Shown here in pieces: positions 58,964 to 64,000 of a DNA stretch of 64,000 bases. This DNA is from Nitrosopumilus sp. Lineage in GTDB: Archaea > Thermoproteota > Nitrososphaeria > Nitrososphaerales > Nitrosopumilaceae. Made by a program: the position numbers and the translations under genes. The notes beneath the pieces are model-generated. The model ran no database searches and was not told where the DNA came from. It was given only the letters and a program-made list of their open reading frames with translations. The stretch is taken from contig OZ243974.1 in assembly GCA_965214775.1 (NCBI GenBank), forward strand, positions 1,312,001 through 1,376,000, given 5' to 3'. Numbering within the stretch: position 1 is the stretch's first letter; each line of letters starts with the position of its first letter.

Positions 58964-59854
58964 ATGATAGTTATAATTTCAGGCCACATTAGAGGAATTG
59001 TATCGGATGAAGAAACCATGTGGTCAAGATTGGAAAAAAACATAGCCAACAGCAAGTCCATAGGAATAGCCGGTTTGGAAAGGCCGTTGGAACAAGAATT
59101 AGATGAAATAAAACCGGAATTAGTAATTCAAAATTCGACTCTGGGCAAGCTATCCGATTACAAAACAATAAGCTTTCTCCAGGATCCGTTTATTGCAATG
59201 AAAAAACATTTTGATACGCCACTAATCAGACTAAAAGCGAAGGTTAGAAAAAGAAAGTCGATAAGTGATAAACTAAAAGATCAGATTGCGTCATTCCAAA
59301 ATTCAATCAAAGTAACAAACTCTGCATACATGGCAGATCTGTATTCGGAATATGGGGAGTTTAAGATAATCCCGATGGGCGTGGACCATGATCTGTTCAA
59401 GCCCATGAATAAGTCAGAACTAAGGAAAAAATACGGTATCCCAAAAGATAAAACCGTAAAAATCTTTGTCGGATCCCGGCACCCGGTAAAGGGTTTTAAC
59501 GCAATTAAAGAAATTATTCAGGCAGAACGCAACGCTGCTTTTTGGATTTTGGTTCTAAAAGACGCTCCCATGTCAGACGGCCATAATTACAGGGCATTCC
59601 ATAGAATTTCCCAGAATGTACTTGCAGAATTGTACAATTGCTCGGATCTTATGGTCTCAAGAAGCATCACAGAAAGTTTTGGCCTTGCAATGGTAGAGGC
59701 CATGTTCTGCGACGTACCTGTAGATTCCACAAAGACAGGCGTGTTTTGGGATTGGGAGCCTGACTTTGAGCATCCCAGAAAGGCGGCATTAGAGCACAAA
59801 TTGGATAAAGACAGCTGGATGAGTAGATGGAATCAATTCATAAGACAATGTTAG
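58964..59854 (+). CDS. GT4-like glycosyltransferase
   Basis: IIPMGVD..LF.P, FVG....KG and ESFGLAMVEAM motifs. Confidence 0.85.
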   Translation: MIVIISGHIRGIVSDEETMWSRLEKNIANSKSIGIAGLERPLEQELDEIKPELVIQNSTLGKLSDYKTISFLQDPFIAMKKHFDTPLIRLKAKVRKRKSISDKLKDQIASFQNSIKVTNSAYMADLYSEYGEFKIIPMGVDHDLFKPMNKSELRKKYGIPKDKTVKIFVGSRHPVKGFNAIKEIIQAERNAAFWILVLKDAPMSDGHNYRAFHRISQNVLAELYNCSDLMVSRSITESFGLAMVEAMFCDVPVDSTKTGVFWDWEPDFEHPRKAALEHKLDKDSWMSRWNQFIRQC

Positions 59855-60016
59855 TCATTTTTAAAAAAAACATCCAACATGAGACGCGAACTGATCCGAA
59901 AACTAACAAACCAGTCATTCTTTGTAGCATCTGACCGGGGTTGCCGCCTAATTAGATAATTTGCCTACTCTCTTAATCCACGCACATATTGATCGGTCAG
60001 ATGTGGGTTCTCAATG

Positions 60017-60362
60017 GGGGTTGCCGCCTAATTCCGTACAAGACAGCTAATTCCGTCTACTTGACTCGACCTGCACGTTTTTCTGAATTTCTTCCCTTTT
60101 GCATGAACTGGGAGATGCACACAGTTACAGTGGGACTGCTTCCTGCACGTTTTTCTGAATTTCTTCCCTTTTGCATGCCTGGCAGCAGGTTAGCCCCTGC
60201 CTAGAGTTGGAGTTGCATCCCTTGCCGGCCAGGCATGAAAATCACAACTGCAAACAGATTCGTGTCTGATTGCTGCCTAGGCAGGGGCTAACCTGTTACC
60301 ATGCCTGATCCGCGTGGCATCCCAGCGGTTTTCAGGAATTCTGATGAATTAGGCGACAACTC
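60017..60362. mobile_element. Expanded MITE family B copy with nested insertions
   Basis: TIRs ggggttgccgcctaattc / gaattaggcgacaactc. Contains a ~36-bp duplication and element 60181-60300. An extra orphan TIR lies at 59937. Confidence 0.8.
60181..60300. mobile_element. 120-bp MITE (family C-related) nested in MITE B
   Basis: 24-bp TIR ggcagcaggttagcccctgcctag / ctaggcaggggctaacctgttacc (2 mismatches); 6-bp TSD atgcct. Confidence 0.88.
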
Positions 60363-60415
60363 TCATGTGTAAACAAACAAACATCATTAAATCGGTTAAA
60401 ATGCTTGCAAATGAC

Positions 60416-60524
60416 CAGCTAAGCGAAATGTAAATGATCTTTGTTGTTTTGCCTTGCTATTGAGGCGGTGCCTCTTGTCCAATTTTTGTTTTTACTCGAT
60501 TTCTTGACACATTTCACCTAGCTG
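60416..60524. mobile_element. MITE-like family D, copy 2
   Basis: IR cagctaagcgaaatgt / acatttcacctagctg, flanked by the 5-bp direct repeat atgac. Confidence 0.72.
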
Positions 60525-60668
60525 ATGACAAGATGTCTGTACATAAAATTACTTGGCAAGTGGGCAGAAAATCAAGGGATTAATCTACGGTTTCTAATTT
60601 AGGGCAGTCGTCTTCCAACCCGGACTTTGCGGCGCTTTTGAGCCTGCTGAAAAAGGCAGGCCGGGGAT

Positions 60669-61652
60669 TCAAAGCAGCTCCCTCATCAGATCCACAAGGG
60701 ATTCGGCCGCCCTGTCGTTTGTGAGGTTCTCCAGCGTGTGCCTTTTGCCGCGCGCCGCTATCTGTTCCCACTTTGGATCATCCGGAGATGCCAGGTACTC
60801 CTCGAACCTTTTTTTGTAGTTTTTAGAGTTGATGAACACGGCGCTCTCCCCGTCCCGGAATCCCAGATATCCGCAGTCGCTTTCCTCTGAGACCTGCATG
60901 AATGTCAGGCATCCGGCAGCCGTGGACTCCCAGTATTTGACGGTGGGAAAGTACCTTGCTGCAGCTATGGCTGCCCTGTACCGTGACAGGTGTGCAATAA
61001 AGTCCGGATGTCCGCCGTACACGAGTGGCCCCACATAGTCAACATATGGCAGGCCTTTGCATTTTCTCCTCAGCTTGTACTGATGCCAGCCATAGATCAC
61101 CGTGGGTCTTAAAACATTATATAGCAAATATCTGATCTTCTTCTCCTCTAGCCTGCCGGTGAGCAGGATTTGATTCTTCGTCCTGTCCTTGAATGCAGGC
61201 GTCCTGGGCAAATCGGGCTCAACGCCGTATGTTATTGTCTTGTACTTGAAACTGCTTGGAAAGTACTTGTAAAAATAGCTCCGTGGCATAAAGTTGAAAC
61301 AGCAGTCGATATTCCATTTTTCGTGAAATCCAATCAGATCCCACTGTTTTATGCGGTGGGGATCATGCGTATGGGCGATCACCGGAATGTCAAGCTCTTT
61401 GACGTTTTCCAAGTGGGGCGTGCTCAGGTCGCTGTTGGTGCACAGTATGACGTCATATCTTCCCCTGAGCTTTGCCGCATCAAAGCTACGTTCTGCGGGA
61501 AAATAACCCATCTGCAGATGCCTGTTTCTTCTCAGGGCGTGAAAGAAAAAATAGTACCTGTTGTTGATGGAGTTGCTTTTGTTATAGTATCTCCACGACG
61601 GCTTGTAGATAAAGGCTGCCCTGATCTGCTGCTTTTCTTTGGATTCGCTCAT
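60669..61652 (-). CDS. CgeB-like / GT-B glycosyltransferase-related protein
   Basis: Y.LR, L.RY.AAIA, KYWE..AAGCL and IA..G..H......TN motifs; GC-rich. Probable start 61652. Confidence 0.7.
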   Translation of the reverse strand: MSESKEKQQIRAAFIYKPSWRYYNKSNSINNRYYFFFHALRRNRHLQMGYFPAERSFDAAKLRGRYDVILCTNSDLSTPHLENVKELDIPVIAHTHDPHRIKQWDLIGFHEKWNIDCCFNFMPRSYFYKYFPSSFKYKTITYGVEPDLPRTPAFKDRTKNQILLTGRLEEKKIRYLLYNVLRPTVIYGWHQYKLRRKCKGLPYVDYVGPLVYGGHPDFIAHLSRYRAAIAAARYFPTVKYWESTAAGCLTFMQVSEESDCGYLGFRDGESAVFINSKNYKKRFEEYLASPDDPKWEQIAARGKRHTLENLTNDRAAESLVDLMRELL

Positions 61653-61956
61653 TTTGACCTGATGCTTTTGGGGATGCCTACATGCTTTTCTGCTGCTAGC
61701 CTGCCATCCAGCTGTTCTGTGTGAATTTTCACCCATACTTGCCCATCTTCCCATGCGCCTTTTCTGGATTGTTTATCTACAGCGATATCTCTTGTATGCA
61801 TCCCTTGTAACCTTTCTCCTTGGCTAGGAATCCCGCCTTTTTATCCTTTATAGTCTCATCATGGTAAGATTTTACCCCATCTCGAGGAATACGGCGTGGT
61901 AGGCACGATCATGAATGTCCCGGCCAGCCTTGTCGCCTGAGGGGCAAACTCGTACA

Positions 61957-62038
61957 CTAGACTTTATGCGTAATCGACCTGAATGATATGAATTTGTTCG
62001 TAACAATCCTAGTTTTGAACCGATTACGCAAAGTCTAG
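61957..62038. mobile_element. 82-bp MITE, family F, CTAG at both ends
   Basis: IR ctagactttatgcgtaatcg / cgattacgcaaagtctag. Confidence 0.7.
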
Positions 62039-62219
62039 CGGTGTTGCCAAGCAGCAGGGAGCGGATCGCCAGAATTCTGGTATGAACCCCGGCATCCTTT
62101 TCCACACGCATGACGTCCGTGAGGATTTTCGCCTTGTCCGTGTTTGGATGGCCATGGCAGAAGATCTACAAACACTCACAAGGCGTGTAATCCGGTGAAA
62201 TTTTCAATGATCATCAGTG
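62039..62219 (-). pseudogene. IS630 left end with an N-terminal transposase fragment
   Basis: 62196-62219 is the inverse of the IS630 terminus seen at 62565 and 58767. The frame reads KILTDVMRVEKDAGVHTRILAIRSLLLG. Confidence 0.6.
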
Positions 62220-62300
62220 CAAGATCACGATTATGGACAGCCCCCGAGCATCAGCATAAATTAATAATGAGTTCTGGGTTCCGTACGGTACCTGAATTCT

Positions 62301-62564
62301 ATGAAGACTGCCGTTGTAATGGGAACGAGGCCGGAGATAATCAAACTCACTCCAGTCATAAACCAACTACGCAACAAAGACTGCACAATGATATTCTCCG
62401 GACAGCACTATGACCGCTTAATGGGCATGGATTTCATTGATCAACTCGGCCTACGTAGGCCCGACTATTCTTTGCAAATTTCAGCCCATCCAGCGGTTCA
62501 GATGGGTGAAATCATGATCAGGCTTTCTAAAATACTTGACGAGATAAAGCCTGACACCGTTCTA
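62301..62564 (+). pseudogene. wecB: UDP-GlcNAc 2-epimerase paralogue, 5' fragment truncated by IS630
   Basis: MKTAVVMGTRPEIIKL..., SGQHYD and KPDTVL, then an abrupt switch at a TA into IS630 sequence. Confidence 0.88.
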
Positions 62565-63135
62565 TACTGATACTCATTGAAAATTTCGCCTGACTACACG
62601 CTGCGCTCAAGATACCTGTAGATGTCAACCCTTATGGAACACGTCCTAAAGTATTCCGAGACGGCCCTTTTGAGGTGATCCACCGTCTCGTAAAAGGCCG
62701 ATGTTACCAGCCTGTACTTGGCATCCTTCCATACTGCCTCTATGGCGCTCAGCTCCGGCCTAGCTACCGGCAGGTACAGCAGGACAACGTCGGGATTCTT
62801 CTTCAGGTACCTGCGAACCTTCTTGGTCCTGTGCTGTGATGCGTTGTCCATCACCATCAGTACCTTTCCCCACTTTCTGTGCGCCTGTTTGAGATAGTCT
62901 ACAAAGTTTGCGCTGTTGAACTTGTCATATGTGCGCATCAGCCTGGTTCTGTCATCTGCAATCGTTCCGTATACCACGACGCGCTCCCTCCTGCCGGATC
63001 GCCCCACCACCTCGATCCTGTCTCCCACGGGAGACCAGAACTTTTTGCCGTCCCTTCCCGTACTGATGAATATCGACTCGTCCTTTACCGTCATCCCAAA
63101 TCCGCGCCTTTTTGCAAGCGCAATCTCGGCCTGTC
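62565..63135 (-). mobile_element. IS630-family element, 3' half (DDE-domain ORF 62594-63094)
   Basis: KDES, VMDNASQH and YLP...PELSAIEAVW motifs; terminus tactgatactcattgaaaatttc follows a TA. Confidence 0.85.
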
Positions 63136-63169
63136 AGAGTTTTCCATCTAGAACCATCCACCGATAACT

Positions 63170-64000
63170 TTAGTTCCCTAGCTGATTCTTCTTCTTATTG
63201 TTCAGGTATGTCTTTAGGATTTTATCAGATGTCGACTTGGGCAGGAATCTGAACATTGAGTTTCTTAACATTCTACGAATTCGAGTAGATGCCGGCTTGG
63301 TTTTTTCATATTTTTTTAACGCATTTACATACTTGATTCTCTGATCATCTGGCAACCTGTCAAGTACTAGTGATTTAATGTGTGAAATTTGTTCTAGCGC
63401 ATCGTTATATCGCCGCTGGGTTAGCTGGGAGAAATGCATCCTATATTTTGCAATATTTTCATTAACAAGACGCATCCTGCAACCATGCAATAGGCAGCAT
63501 CTGAGCCAAAACTCATAATCTTCCTTGTACCCAACGGTTTCATCAAATAACCCACATTTTGCAAATACTGATTTGTGAATCATACTCGTTGTTCCATTGC
63601 CGTAAAAACGATCTAGCAAGAGCACGTTTCTCTCAAAATTTGACAAGTTATCATTATTGTCTTCAATATGATCGTCTATTTTATTTCCGTCTTCATCAAT
63701 TATCTCATAGTTTGCATAGAAAATACAGTTCGCAGCCTCGCTTGTTTGATTGACCGAGTCAGCCAGAGTTTGGATCGCATTGGACTTTAACAAGTCATCT
63801 GCACTGAGCCATTTGAACCAATCGCCAGTCATTTGTCTAAACCCGTAATTTAATGCAGAAGAAGTTCCGCCATTAGGCTTTTTAAAAACAGATATTTTAT
63901 CTGAAAAGCCTTGTAAAATTTCCTGCGAGTCATCTGTGGAACCATCATCTACGGCAATAACCTCGATATTCGAGTAAGACTGCTCGAGGGCAGACGTCAC
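63170..64000 (-). CDS. GT2 glycosyltransferase (5' end lies outside the window)
   Basis: SAL.QSY..IEVIAVDDGSTD, NGG.SSALN.G, WLSADD and EDYEFWLR motifs. Confidence 0.92.
   Translation of the reverse strand: MTSALEQSYSNIEVIAVDDGSTDDSQEILQGFSDKISVFKKPNGGTSSALNYGFRQMTGDWFKWLSADDLLKSNAIQTLADSVNQTSEAANCIFYANYEIIDEDGNKIDDHIEDNNDNLSNFERNVLLLDRFYGNGTTSMIHKSVFAKCGLFDETVGYKEDYEFWLRCCLLHGCRMRLVNENIAKYRMHFSQLTQRRYNDALEQISHIKSLVLDRLPDDQRIKYVNALKKYEKTKPASTRIRRMLRNSMFRFLPKSTSDKILKTYLNNKKKNQLGN

Overview
Chromosomal window from an ammonia-oxidising archaeon (Nitrososphaerota/Thaumarchaeota, Nitrosopumilus-like). The assignment is inferred from gene content: aglB, nop10, aIF2-alpha, an anaerobic-type cobalamin cluster, bacterial-type metK, Sm protein, lhr, RPA, grpE-dnaK-dnaJ, gatDE, cdc48, rpl2, archaeal SRP RNA, pelota and tetraether synthase. 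The AT-rich core is broken by GC-richer mobile DNA. There are five IS families (IS66, ISH3/IS4-like in two copies, IS5, IS481, IS630) and at least six families of 80-130 bp MITE-like elements, several with clear target-site duplications and often nested in each other. This load suggests, but does not prove, a host-associated lineage. Accessory islands are: (i) 2.5-6.5 kb, a frameshifted large PIN-domain gene plus an unknown partner, lying between an IS66 element and its own 82-bp deletion derivative; (ii) 35.3-39.3 kb, an internally inverted ISH3 copy, a RelE-type toxin-antitoxin pair and a nested IS481 stack; (iii) 51.5-64 kb, a surface-glycan locus with a sulfotransferase bracketed by IS481-type ends and a wecB paralogue broken by IS630. 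Two tRNAs (Gln-UUG, Leu-CAG) and two small ORFs absent from the ORF track were also found. No CRISPR array was seen. All calls come from reading motifs by eye; no database search was run.
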